Shown here piece by piece: positions 50,608 to 63,329 of a DNA stretch of 64,000 nt. Where the stretch lies: positions 5,642,001 to 5,706,000 of the forward strand of contig NC_043013.1 in NCBI RefSeq assembly GCF_006345805.1, given 5' to 3'. Made by a program: the position numbers and the translations under genes. Under the pieces are notes generated by a model that searched no databases, was not told the origin of the DNA, and worked only from the letters and a program-made list of their open reading frames with translations. Source of the DNA: Octopus sinensis (Eukaryota). Position 1 is the first letter of the stretch; every line of letters starts with the position of its first letter.

Positions 50608-50608
<1 letters not shown>

Positions 50609-51276
50609 TAGCTGATGTACCTAGTAATTCCTGGGAAAGCAGGGCTTATCCTTTGGTTTCGTTTTCATAATTGTTTCACTAATCCAATAGCAACAATACA
50701 AAGTATGTAGCCCTTAAAACGGTTTTTGTGCAATTACAGAGAATACCAAACTGTCTTACACAGGATTTTGTTTTTAAGAATTCTCAATAAGTTATGAATA
50801 CCCAAATTGTGAAGTCAGTTATGTAATAACATGAAATTAGTTACTTGATAGTAAGAATTAAATAAAGTAGCCCCAAAATGGGCTTCATTGTGTTTCCAGA
50901 ATATGTAGAACTTTTGAGGAAATACTAATAAGGTATGTGTACTAAAATCGTGAAACATGTTACATAATAACAGGTTAATCAGATGTGAGATAATAACAGT
51001 TCAAAGTAAATAACTCTGAAAAAGGGCTTTTGTGCATTCTCAGAGAATATTACCCTCAGGGGTGCTAGTGTTTGTATATTCGTGAATAAGTCACTAACCG
51101 AAATAAGTGGATCTATTGTTCAGGAAAATAGTATTTACTTGTTTAAGGGTTGTACTGGATAAATTGCTAAAATAACTCTAACCATTCAAATACTAAGAAA
51201 TAAGCATATCCTATTTCATTTTTACCAAATAATTTAGGAAAATGAATGGGTTATTTCCCTTGGCTATATATAAGGA
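50608..51276 (-). mobile_element. Non-autonomous Helitron-like element (older)
   Basis: Minus strand starts A|TCCTTATATATAG and ends CTAG|T, with a degenerate subterminal hairpin (CCTAG..CTGGG) and internal degenerate repeats. Confidence 0.5.
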
Positions 51277-53729
51277 TCCCTTCAGAAGGCTGCACCAGGC
51301 TTCAGTCTGATCTGGCAAAGTTTCTACAGCTGGATGCCATTCCTAACACCAACCACTTCAAGAGTGTAGTGGATGCTTTTATGTGCCACTGGCATGAGAG
51401 TCAGTGTGTGTGTGTGTATATATATATGATATATGGCTGTTTTGTAAGAAGCTTGCTTTCCAACCACATGGTTCTGGGTTCAGGCCCATTGCATGGTACC
51501 TTGTATGTCTTTTATAGCCTTGGGCTGACCAAAACTTTGTGAGTGGGTTTGATAGACAGAAACTGATAGAAGTCAACAGTCTATACACAGGCACACATTG
51601 TGACACTCTGTCAGTTACGATGATGAGGGTTCCTGTTGATCCGATCAGCGGAACAGCCTGCTCGTGAAATTAATGTGTAAGTGGCTGAGCACTCCACAGA
51701 CACATGTACCCTTAATATAGTTCTCGGGGGGTGGATTCAGTGTGACACAGAGTGTGATAAGGCTGGCCCTTTTGAAATACAAGTGCAACAGAAGCAGGAA
51801 GAAGAGTACAGCAAGGTTCACCACCACCCCTGCTGTTGCCTCGTGGAGCTTTAGGTGTTTTTGCTCACAGTGCCCAGTCTGGAAATCGAAACCACGATCC
51901 CACAACCGCGAGTCTGCTGCCCTAGACACTGGACCATTGTGACTCCACATATACACACGTATGTGTCTGTGATCCCCACTTCATGGCTTGGCAACTAGGG
52001 TCGATTTTTTTTGACTAAAAATGTTTCAAGCTGGTGCCCCAGCATGGCCACAGTCGACTGAAACAAGTAAAAGATAAAAGATATATATTTAAAATTGTTT
52101 TTACAGTGAGACTCAGAGTAGATAAAGCTCCAGATAATGGCTATTTGTCACTTTATCTGTTTTGACTTCAGCTTATTTTCATGTCTCGAAGTTTCTAAAT
52201 GCTTATGACCTTAACAGCACACATGCACACACACACACATATGCACACATGCATGATTATCTTCTTTCAGTTTCCCTCTACTAAATCCACTCAACAACTG
52301 AGTTGGCTCAGGTCTTTAGTAGAAGACTCTTGGCCAACGTGCCATGCAGTGGGTCTGAACCTGGAACCATGTGGTTGGGAAGCAAACCTCTTAACCACAC
52401 AGCCATGCCTGTTATTTCTTGTTTATAATCAGGAATCACTTTGGTTCTGATCAGATGCTAAATCTTCAACAAAATTTAAGTGATGTTCACAGCAGAGTTC
52501 TGCCCACATCTGTGGGCTGCTCCTACTTGTTCTTCACACTCTAGCATTCTGGAGTGAATCCAAAAGAAAACCATTCTATAGATTTCAATCACTGGCTCAC
52601 AGACACACTACTTCTTCTCTTGCTGCTCCTCTCTCTCTCTCTAAACCGACTAGCTGTATACTTCATACACTAGGAGCCTCCCATCTGAAGCTCCTCTCTC
52701 TTTCTCTCTCCCTCTCCCAGATTTTGAACCTCAAGGCTCATCCCACACTCTCCACAACAGTGGTCCTCTACAATTGTATCTTTTATCTTTTACTTGTTTC
52801 AGTCATTAGACTGTGGTCATGCTGGGGCACCGACTTGAAGAATTTTTAGTTGAATGGCTTGACCCCAGTACTTTCTAAGCCTGGTACTTATCCTGTTGGT
52901 CTCTTTTGGCAAACTGGTAAATTACGGGAACATAAGCGCACCAGCACCGGTTGTCAAGCAGTTGTAGGGGACAAACACACACACACATGATGGGCTTCTT
53001 TCAGTTTCAGTCTACCAAATCCATTCACAAGCTTTTGGTCAGCGCAAGGCTATAGTAGAAGACATTTGCCCAAGGTACTATGCAGTAGAACTGAACCTAG
53101 AACCATGTTGTTAGGAAGCAAACTTCTTACCACACGGCCACATCTATATTTTATCCTTTTAGCTACAGGTTTAGCTGTGTGGTTTAGAAGCATCCTTTCT
53201 AGCCCTTCATTCTGGGTTCAGTCCCAATGTGTGGCACCTTGGGCAACTGTCTTCTATAAACCTGGGCCAACCAAAGCCTTGTGAGTGGATTTGGTAGATG
53301 GAAACTGAAAGAAGCCTCTGTATGTAGGTGTAAGTTATCTTGACATCATGAGTGTTTCTGTCATATAAGCAGTATCCTTTGTTTCCGTTCTTCCATGAAA
53401 ACATGCCGAGCCACGGAAAATTATTTTACTGGGAAGTGGATGAGGGTTGGCAACAGGCAGAGCACCCAGCCATAGAAAATCTGCCTCAACATATCCTGTC
53501 TGCCCTATATAAGGAAAGATAGACATTAAAATGATAATGATGTTCAAACTGAACATCAACCACATCGGTATAGGAGAAGTGTGGGCTCTGCCCCACCTTC
53601 TTTGCTTCACATTAAAAGCAAAATACAGAGTTATCAAATAGATGACAACTCATTCTAATAAATCACAGGAGAAAATACTTGAAGCTCGGAAAACTAGTGA
53701 TGTCTGTGTGTTGGCAGTAAATTCTTTGG

Positions 53730-54090
53730 CTGTCCATCATAAGTCGATGTTGACTGTTCTTGTTCAATAATTGTCTTTGGCAAACTCGCAGGTGGACTAC
53801 GAGGCCTGATCTTGATCAGCAGCAGCGATGACATCTGCTGCAGGTAAACCTTCTTGATGCAGCAGAGAAGTGATGTCTCTCATGTGCTCTTTTGTATTCT
53901 CTCTGTTGTTTCTCTTCAATGGCTGGAATTACGAGCTTCAGCGGTTGGTGTCACTCATTATACTGCAGGGCCCCTTCTTTCCACGGATCAGCAGGGTTGC
54001 TAGAGTTCTTCATAGGTCTCTTCAGCACTTCCTTGTAGCACAACCTCTGGCCACCATGGCTTTGTGTGCCCTAATGGAGTTCAGCATTGG
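53730..54090 (-). mobile_element. RTE (BovB-like) LINE 3' end, copy 1
   Basis: SHGGQRLCYKEVLKR...FTCSRCHRCC*SRSGLVVHLRVC on the minus strand. Confidence 0.7.
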
Positions 54091-54263
54091 AAAATTATAT
54101 ATATATTAGAAAAGAAGGCAGCTGAGTCCCCAAAGAAATTCGAGTTTTTGACCTTCAATTTACTAGACTGGTGCTCTAACCAACTGATATATATATATAT
54201 ATAATATATATATATATATCATCATCATCATCATCGTTTAGCGTCCGTTTTCCATGCTAGCAT

Positions 54264-54314
<51 letters not shown>

Positions 54315-54665
54315 TGCATGCATGGCACTCCATCGGTTATGATGATGAGGGTTACAGTTGATCCAATTAATGAAACAGCCTGCTCGAGAAATTAACATGC
54401 AAGTGGCTGAGCACTCCACAGATATGTGTACCCTTAATGTAGTTCTTGGGGAGATTTAGCATGACACAGAGTGTGACGAGGCTGGCCCTTTGAAATACAG
54501 GTACAACAGAAACAGGAAGAAAGAGCGAGAGAAAGTTCACCACCACCCCCTGCCATAGTGTTTTTGTTTAATAAACACTCACCATGCCTGGTCTGGGAAT
54601 CGAAACAACCACAAGTCCACTGCCCTAACCGCCGGGCCATTGTGCCTCCACTATATATATACATA

Positions 54666-54737
<72 letters not shown>

Positions 54738-54939
54738 GAGTATGGAGACTTGTACATCCACTGTTTTTATTTTACAGTTAATATGCAGCATATTACAATG
54801 CCCTACACACGTCTCCACTGCAGCAGCTGCACATTGATGCAGATTGCAACATTGTCAGTGTATTTCCATCAGGGTCTGTCCATTTGGTGTTTTTTGAAGT
54901 GAACTGGTTGCATATATGTTTATATTCATATCTGCTGCT

Positions 54940-55375
54940 TCTTTGGTTATCCGTTGTAGGTCGATGTTGACTGTTCCTGTTCAGAAATTGTCTCTGGCCG
55001 GCTTGTATGTAGGCTACCAGGCCCCCTCTTGATCTGCAGCAGTGATGACATCTGCTGCAAATGAACCTACTTGATGCAGCGGAGAAGTGACATCTCTCAT
55101 GGGCTCTTTTGCATTCTCTGTGTTGTTTCTATTGATTGGGTAAAATTTTGAGCTTCAACAATCAGTGCCATTTATTGTGCCACAAGGCCTTCTCCTCCCA
55201 GGTGTCTGGGGAGATGCTGGAGTCCTTATATCTCTTGTACATCCCTGTATCACAACCCCTGGCTGACCATGGCTCCGTCTGCTCTGACACAGTTCAGCAT
55301 AGAAAACTGCCTTTGAGAGCCTGTTGCTCTCCATCCTGTAAACACATCCTGCCCACCACAACTGCAATGAGGTAA
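54940..55375 (-). mobile_element. RTE (BovB-like) LINE 3' end, copy 2
   Basis: LWWAGCVYRMESNRLSKAVFYAELCQSRRSHGQ; homologous to 53730-54090. Confidence 0.7.
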
Positions 55376-56149
55376 CACATCCCACCCACTCTGTTGCAAA
55401 CAAGGAAAAGGTGGACATTAAAATGCTGTTGATGTTCAAACTGAACCTCAGCCACGTAGGATCATGGGCTCTGTTCTGCCTGCTTTGCCTAACAAGCTCA
55501 GAAAACTATTGATGTCTGTATGTTGGCAGTAAATTGCTTTTTATTAATTCAGCTAAATATATAGAAACATTGTAGAAACATTGCCAGATAAGACTGGAGC
55601 CTGGTGCAGCCTTCTGGCTTCCCAGATCCCCGGTCGAACCATCCAACCCATGCTAGCATGGAGAACGGACGTTAAATGATGATGATGATATAAAACTGCT
55701 GTTAATGAAATGAAAAATATTATTGCCATATTTGATGGTGTAAAAAATGTATGGGTATATTAAAGAATCCCTAGAATCAGTCATGTGTATTGAAGGAGTG
55801 GGGAAAATGTTTTAGTGCCTTAACTTCTTAGCATTTAAACTGGCCATGTCCGGCCTTAATGTTCTTCTTGTTCTCTGTTCAGACCAGCCAGATCTGACCT
55901 CTCACACCTATCTTACAATCTCACTCTAAAAATAAACAATCACGTCATAGAAGTTTTGAAGCTATGAGATAATGCATGATTAATTCAAAATGGTGTGAAT
56001 AAATAAGCATTAGATCTGACTGAGTAATCTAAAGGGTCAAAGCTTATGGGGTGGGGTGGGGTGGGGTGGGGGCAACTTTGCAAAAAGGACCCAAGGTCTT
56101 TGAGGTTTTTGGGGTATGAGAAAAGTGTATCTCATACCATTAATTAGAA

Positions 56150-56420
56150 TACTATTAAATGAAATGAAAACAATAGTACTGTTGTTAATTATATTAATAA
56201 ATTACTGTCATTAATTATATGACTATCGTTAATGAAATTAGTGAATTATTGTCGTTAATGAAATTTATAAATTACTCTTCTTAATGAAATTCATTTGTTA
56301 ATAAAATTTAAAAAATGGTCATTAATGAACTAAATGAATCACTACTTATTGTGAATGAAATGAAAATAAAATCAAAGCACCATTGTTAATAAAATATTTT
56401 AATTAATAAAATTTGCACTT
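56150..56420. repeat. Degenerate AT-rich minisatellite (TTAATGAAATT core)
   Basis: Recurrent GTTAATGAAATT/GTTAATAAAATT at roughly 25-bp spacing. Confidence 0.55.
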
Positions 56421-56450
56421 TGGGAATGTTATTAATGTTTTATGAGTTTA

Positions 56451-56496
<46 letters not shown>

Positions 56497-56708
56497 TCTG
56501 CTATGTTGTTTCAGTTTACAACACATCAATTACCCATTAGTTTAGTTTACGTAACTGTGAGGAAGTGTCATGTATAAGGGACTAGCAGCTTATCCAGGGG
56601 AATTCTTTTTACCTTTTTGTTAGTTTAGAGCAATGATTCTCATACCTGTCCACTTTATTTTTTTATAGTTCATCTTCCTTTTTCACTGAATGTTGTTTTA
56701 CAGCTATC

Positions 56709-56761
<53 letters not shown>

Positions 56762-57072
56762 ATATAGATATATATCATCATCGTTTAACGTTTGTTCTCC
56801 ATGCTAGCATGGGTTGGACGGTTCGACCAGGGATCTAGGAAGCCAGAAGGCTGCACCAGGCTCCAGTCTGATCTGGCAATGTTTCTACAACTGGATGCCC
56901 TTCCTAACGCCAACCACTCCGTGAGTGTAGTGGGTGCTTTTTACATGCCACCCGCACAGGTGCCAGGCGAGGCTGGCAACGGCCACGGTCGGATTGGTGC
57001 ATTTTACGTGCCACCGGCACGGAAGCCAGTCGAGGCGGCACTGGCTTCGGCCACGATTCGGATGGTGGCACG

Positions 57073-57127
<55 letters not shown>

Positions 57128-57534
57128 TATGTGTGTGTGTGTGTGGATAAACTTAATTGGAAAAAAGTTGCATGGCGTTCAATCAAATAATAATATAAAT
57201 AATATATATATATATATATATGCATATATATATATATATATATATATATACATGCATATGTGTACATAAATACATACATATATATGTATATAAGTATGCA
57301 TACATGGGTACAGGCCGTCATAAAACATAAACATGAAACACGAAAATAAAGTTGGGTACGCAAAGATCCTTGCTTGAAATAAAGAGTGGAAGGAGAACCG
57401 TTTCCATTTGTTTCTCTCATTCTTTGCGTATCCAACTTTATTCTCGTATTTCATGTTGTTTACGTTTTATGACGTCCTGTACCCATATGTGTGTACCTAT
57501 ATACATATGTTTGTATCCACATCCATATATATAT

Positions 57535-57975
57535 ATCATCATCATCATTTAGCGTCCGCTTTCCATGCTAGCATGGGTTGGACGGTTCAACTGGGGTCTG
57601 TGAAGCCAGAAGGCTGCATCAGGCCCAGTCTGATCTGGCAGTGTTTCTACGGCTGGATGCCCTTCCTAACGCCAACCACTCCATAAGTGTAGTGGGTGCT
57701 TTTTACGTGCCACCCGCACAGGTGCGAGACGGAGCTGGCAAACGGCCACGAACGGATGGTGCTTTTACGTGCCACCGGCACAGGGGCCAGACAAGGCTGG
57801 CAACGGACATGAACAGTTGGTGCTTTTACGTGCCACCCGCACAGGTGCCAGACAGAGCTGGCAACGGACATGAACGGATGGTGCTTTTACGTGCCACCGG
57901 CACGGGGGCCAAGCGAGGCTGGCAACGGACGCGAGCGGATGGTGCTTTTACGTGCCACCGGCACGGGGGCCAGTG
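57535..57975 (-). mobile_element. Young RTE 3' UTR copy carrying a 61-bp tandem array
   Basis: Units start at 57696, 57759, 57820, 57881 and 57942. Other UTR copies at about 13160-13400 (-), 29620-29935 (+), 31265-31498 (+), 32340-32620 (-), 33530-34022 (+) and 56775-57075 (-). Confidence 0.8.
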
Positions 57976-59599
57976 TGTGGTGAGCTCTCCTGTTGTATAT
58001 GACAGATAATGTTTCTGTAATTTCTTGTTGAACAGCCTGCTCAGTTGATTTGTTTATAGTGATCAAATATTTGTGGTGTATGTTAGCTCAGACTCTCCAT
58101 CAAATTGACATCACCTGTTCAGGTGAAAGATGTGTCACACATCAAATGTTAAAGTGATTGCAGCGCAACTTGAAACGAAGTGTTTTGCTCAAGAACCCAA
58201 TGCAGATCCCAGTTCTAGAATCGAAACCATGATCTTTTGATTGTGAGTGTAACGCATTAACCACTAGGCCATGCAGACTTACACACACACACACACACAC
58301 ACACACAATAGGCTTCTTTCAGTTTCTGTCTACCAAATCCACTCAAGGCTTCGGTCAGCTTGAGGTTATAGAAGACACTTGTCCAGGGTACCATGCAGTG
58401 GGACTGAACCCAGAGCTATGTGGTTTGGAAGCATACTAACCACACAGCCTGTACCTATGTGTATATAATACAACACTAACCGTCATATGAAGAGTAATTC
58501 TGGAAGTATACTTTTGCCACCCTGGGTAATATCAGGAAATATGACCTACAGACAATAATTATAATTTAACTCCTCTATCTCAATGATTCTTTGTGTTTGT
58601 GTGCACTCGTATGGCTGTAGTGTTCCTTTTACTCATTGCCTACCACTAAGCCTAGTATGTGCAGTCATCCAGTACCTTTTATGTTAACTCTCTTTCTCTC
58701 CCCACTTGCCATATAATGTAAAGTTTGACTAGAGAAATCTATGAATCAATCAACATTTACATCAGCTATTATATAGAGATAAAGTATATATTTTGATTTC
58801 AAATTTCACTATGGTCAACTTTGCCATTCTTCCTTTTAGGGGTTGAGAAAAAAAATGTCTCAGGAGTAGTTATAGGTGCAGGAGTAGCTGTGTGGTAAGT
58901 AGCTTGCTTCCCAACCACATGGTTCAGTCCCACTGCATGGCACCTTGGGCAAGTGTCTACTATAGCCTCAGATCAACCAAAGCCTTATGAGCAGATTTGG
59001 TTGAAAGAAACTGAAAGAAGCCCGTCATGTATAATATATATATATATGTTTGTGTATCTGTGTTTGTCTTCTCACCATCGCTTGACAACCAATGTTGGTG
59101 TGTTTACATCCCTGTAACTTAGCAGTTTGGCAAAAGAAACCGATACAATAAGTACCAGGCCTACAAAGAATAAATCCTGGCTGCAGTCAAATGACTACCG
59201 GAAAAGCACTAATCGACGCGCTAGTTAGCAGGCCGGAGTCTCGTTCGTTATCGGAATCAACCAGACAAGTGAAGAAAAAAAAACGGAAGTGGATTCTTGG
59301 GGGGGGGGGGTCGATGTAATCAATTTATTCTACCCACAAAATTACTAACCTTACATCAAAGTTTGAAACCAACATTACGTGGAGTTAAACGGTCATCTTC
59401 CAGCTATATTATTACAGAATTATAAAATATGTCTCCCCTCTGTGGTCTGAACCTACACCTCTTGATAGGCTCATCTGCTCCTACTACCATTATATATGCA
59501 CCTTTTGTTCATGGAGGTAACTAGTCTTCCTGTTATTCTGTTCCATTTCAAATAACCAAACCTGTTTTTAAATGTTTTTGTTCTTTTTTTCCCCAACAG

Positions 59600-59802
59600 G
59601 GAGGTCAGAAACAACATCATCATCATCTTCATCTTCTCAACTGGTTCCTCCTCTTTCTTCTAATGAACTTCCTCTTCCTTACACCCCAACACCCCAGGGT
59701 GGTATACCGATGATCAACTGCAAGGTTTGCCAGGCAATGATAAATATAGAAGGCAAACTTCACCAACATGTTGTCAAATGTAGTGTTTGTCACGAAGCCA
59801 CG
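59600..59802 (+). CDS. PIP4P (TMEM55): PIP4P/TMEM55 coding exon 2 (G-RSETT...[45 protein letters not shown])
   Basis: Polypyrimidine acceptor ttttttccccaacAG (59598-59599, phase 1) and donor ACG|GTAAGT (phase 0). Peptide matches the TMEM55 family block [30 protein letters not shown]. Confidence 0.96.
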
Positions 59803-61856
59803 GTAAGTACAAATTCTCATTTTCCCACATTTCCTCATCATCGTGTTTTGTCTTGCTGTAGCACTTTCACTATCTTCATTGAACTGTATTGTTTTCTCTG
59901 GACTGTATTAGTTCTATGCACGTGGCTCAGTGGTTAAAACATTAGGCTCACAATCATGAGGTAGTGAGTTCGATTCTCAGACCAGGCTGTGTCTTGAGTT
60001 CTTGAGCAAGACACTTTATTTCCTGTTGTTTCAGTTCACTCAGCTTTAGAAATAATGTAATGTCACTGGTGCCAGGCTGTATCGGCCCCTTTGCCTTTCC
60101 TTTGGACAGCATTGGTAGCATGGAGAGGGGCAGGCTGGTATGCATGGGCGACTGCTGGTCTTCTATAAACAACCTTGTGCAGAGGGAAACTTTCTAGGTA
60201 CAATCTCATGGTCATTCAAAACCAAAGGGGGTCTTCACCTTTTACTGTCATGTTTTGTCATGAGTGGTTCGTTGTCTTCCTTGGATTGTACCATTCGCCT
60301 GAGCTGTTCCATTTCCTCCAGACCATACCATATTCTACACTTTACTCTCATTGTGTCTTGCTACGATGACAATTGTTGTTCCAGCTGATTCGATCAACAT
60401 AAAAGCCTGCTCGTGAAATTAACGTGCAAGTGGCTGAGTACTCCATAGATGTTTACCCTTAACGTAGTTCTCCAAGAGATTCGGCATGACACAGAATGTG
60501 ATAAAGCTGGCCCTTTGAAATACCAGTATGACTTACTTTTGCCATCTGAATGGACTGGAGTCATGTGAAATAAAGTTCCTTGCTCAAGGATACAGTGCAT
60601 TGCTGGCTATTGAACTCCTGACCTTGCGATCATGAGCCAAATACCCTAGTTGCTAAACCATGTGCCTTCACGAGTTCTATCATAATATTCCTTAGGAAGT
60701 GTATTGGAGAGTTCTTAGAACATCAAGATAGAATGTTTCACAATATTTGTTTTGACTCGTTGAGTCAGAACCTTTGAAGGTCAACTTTGCCTTCCATTTT
60801 TTTAGAGCTGATTAAGAAAAAGAAGGGTAATAATCCATAATCCAGAGCAGTGGATTGGTCGGAACTGTATGTCATACAATAAACCTTGTAGTATTTGTTT
60901 GGACTCTTAACCTTCTGAGTTCAAATCCTGTCCTGGCTCTACTTGGGTGGTTGGCATAATTTGATGCCCAGTCTGACATCATCACCTGGCCCCTTCAATG
61001 CATTTTGTGGAGTCCACTCTGTGGTAAGGATTCAGACCAGGCCTCAGCTTCATCACCTTCTTCCTGGTTAAAAGATGAAAGAAAATACAAGCAAGTAAGT
61101 TATATATAAGTGTGTGGGTGGGGCTGTGTGGTAAGAAATTTGCTTCCCAGCCATATGGTTCTAGGTTCAGACCTACTGCATGGCACCTTGGGCAAGTGCC
61201 TTCTTCCACAGCCTCTTTCTGACCAAAGCCTTGAGTGGATTTGGTAGATGCAAACTGAAAGAACCCCTTCGTATATGAATGTGTGTGTGTGTCTGTGTGT
61301 CTTTATTCTCTGCCTCTTCTTGACAACCAGTGCTGATGTGTGTGTCTGTAACTTAGCAGTTTGGCAAAAGAGACCAATAGAGTAAGTACCAGGCTTAAAA
61401 AAACAAGTCATGGGGCCAAGCCATTCAACAAAGAAATACTCAAAGGTGGTGCCCCAGCAGGGCTGCAGTCTAATGACTAAAACTAATAAAAGATAAGATA
61501 TATATATTTTATGACAAGTTTCTTTCAGTTTCTGTTTTACTAAATCCACTTGCAAGGCTTTAATTGGTCCAGGACAGTAGTTGAAGACATTTACCCAAGG
61601 TGCCACACAGTGGGACTGAAACTGAAACCACATGGTTGAGAAGCAAGTTTCTCCCCCCTGACAATTGCACCTGTGTGTGTGTGTGTAATAAAATGGTTTA
61701 CATCTAATGGTTTCTGCTATTCTAATATTGACTTTGTATCCCAAAATCTGAGAAGGCAATGAAGAATCTAACTCTGTTGTCTGAAGAATTATAACTTCAC
61801 TGGTTGGTTTTTACTCCAATATAACTCTCTCTTTCTGTTTATGTATGTATATGTAT

Positions 61857-61889
<33 letters not shown>

Positions 61890-62001
61890 ATTTAAAAACG
61901 GGATAAAATCTTTAAAAGAATTTATCAAGTAGTTAGCGTGAAAAATCTCAAAAGGGAAAAAATTATTAATTATTCTCTTTAAATATATTTATTTATATCA
62001 A

Positions 62002-62213
62002 GGGCCTTACTATACATAAATGCCTCATACTACGAGGCACTCTTAAAGTCAAAACTACCATAATAAACCCATTGCACCGAACGCGAGGGAATGCAACTCT
62101 CAAAGCGAGCCTTTTAAAAACAGATTCAGCCACAGATTATATGATTTCATATGATTTGTGCACTAATTATGAAATCATATGATCTGCGGAGGCATTTATG
62201 TATAGTAATACCC
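62002..62213. mobile_element. 212-bp MITE with GG..CC termini and TTAA-type TSD (Kolobok-like)
   Basis: TIRs GGGCCTTACTATACATAAATGCCTC / GAGGCATTTATGTATAGTAATACCC; flanks TCAA / TTAA; CpGs retained. Confidence 0.6.
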
Positions 62214-62354
62214 TTAATATATATATTTTCAGTCAACCAGAATATGCTATGGAGTTCATTGTTTGTGAAAGTTATATGTTAAAAAATCTGTGTTTTTGGA
62301 GATGTAGAATGATTCTAAATGTCTAAGATGTATGCAAATTAACACTATTTGTAG

Positions 62355-62461
62355 CCAATCAAAGCAGCTCCTCCTGGGAAGAAATATGTCCGGTGCCCAT
62401 GTCATTGTCTCCTCATCTGCAAGGGAGCTTCTCAAAGAATTGCTTGCCCTCGACCAGATTG
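62355..62461 (+). CDS. PIP4P (TMEM55): PIP4P/TMEM55 coding exon 3 ([35 protein letters not shown] + TG)
   Basis: Acceptor tttgtAG (62353-62354, phase 0) and donor TG|GTAAGA (phase 2). Matches family block [36 protein letters not shown] and includes the CX5R motif CKGASQR. The ORF track reads it in the wrong frame. Confidence 0.96.
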
Positions 62462-62599
62462 GTAAGAAAGTCTCCTTTTTACCTTCTCCCCCTTCAATCT
62501 TTTCCCCACTGTCTTTACTCTCTTTCCTCCTTCTGCTTTCTTCATTCTATTTTCCGTTTCCCCTTCTTTTAAACTCAAGATGTGATTAGTTCTTCATCC

Positions 62600-63205
62600 A
62601 AAACCCTGCTGATGTCAACTTTGCCTTTCATCCTTTTGGGGTTAGTAAAATAAAGTACCAGTCAAGGGCAGGGGTCAATGTAATCAATTATCCCCTTCTG
62701 CTAAAATCGCTGGCCTTGTGCTAAAATTATTATTATTATTATTATTATTATTAAGGTAGCAAGCTAGCAGAATCATTGCCATGCTGGACAAAATGCTTAG
62801 CAGTATTTTGCCCATCGTTATATTCTGAGTTCAAATTTCACCAAGGTCAATTTTGCCCTCTATCCTTTCAGGGTCAATTAATTAAGTATCAGTTGAATAC
62901 TGGGGCTGATGTAATTGGCTATCACCTTTTCTCCAAATTTCAGGCCTTATGCCTATTGTAGAAAAGATTATTATTATTATTAAGGTGGTGAGCTGGTAGA
63001 ATTGTTAGCATGCCGGGCAAAATGCAGTTAAGCATTTTGCCCATGGTTCCATTCTGAGTTCAAATTCTGTCAAGGTATACTTTGCCTTTCATCTTTTTAG
63101 GGTTCATAAAATAAGCACCCGTTGAGTATTGGATCAATGTAATTGATTATCCCTCTCTCCACAAAATTCCAGGCCTTTGTGCCTATGGTAAAAAGGGTTA
63201 TTATA
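62600..63205 (+). mobile_element. Three head-to-tail copies of SINE family C with (TTA)n tails
   Basis: Repeated GCTAGCAGAATC...TTCTGAGTTCAAATT...CTTTGCCTTTCATCC...GTACCAG...ATTATTATT. Minus-strand copies at about 9480-10100 and 21700-21840; plus copies at about 23850-24100 and 42150-42320. Confidence 0.75.
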
Positions 63206-63329
63206 ATCTGGTAGAATCAATAGAACAGTAGACAAAATACCTTGTGGTTTTGTATCCATTTGAAATTCTGATTATAACTCCCACCCAAGCTGACTTCACC
63301 TGTCCTACCAGGAGCAACGAAATATGTAC

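Larger units (their letters stand above)
15000..59599 (+). other. PIP4P intron 1, 44,600 bp (GT..AG)
   Basis: Phase-1 donor at 15000 and phase-1 acceptor at 59599 join into one continuous reading frame. Additional small exons inside cannot be excluded. Confidence 0.8.

Noticed and set aside
57696-57972. CRISPR-like periodic 61-bp array with palindromes
   Set aside because: Units are tandem copies without unique spacers, inside a eukaryotic LINE UTR, with no cas genes.
59572-59937. 121-aa ORF read as a single-exon gene
   Set aside because: Only 59600-59802 is exonic; the flanks are intron read-through.
62332-62589. 85-aa [12 protein letters not shown]...
   Set aside because: Wrong frame over PIP4P exon 3.
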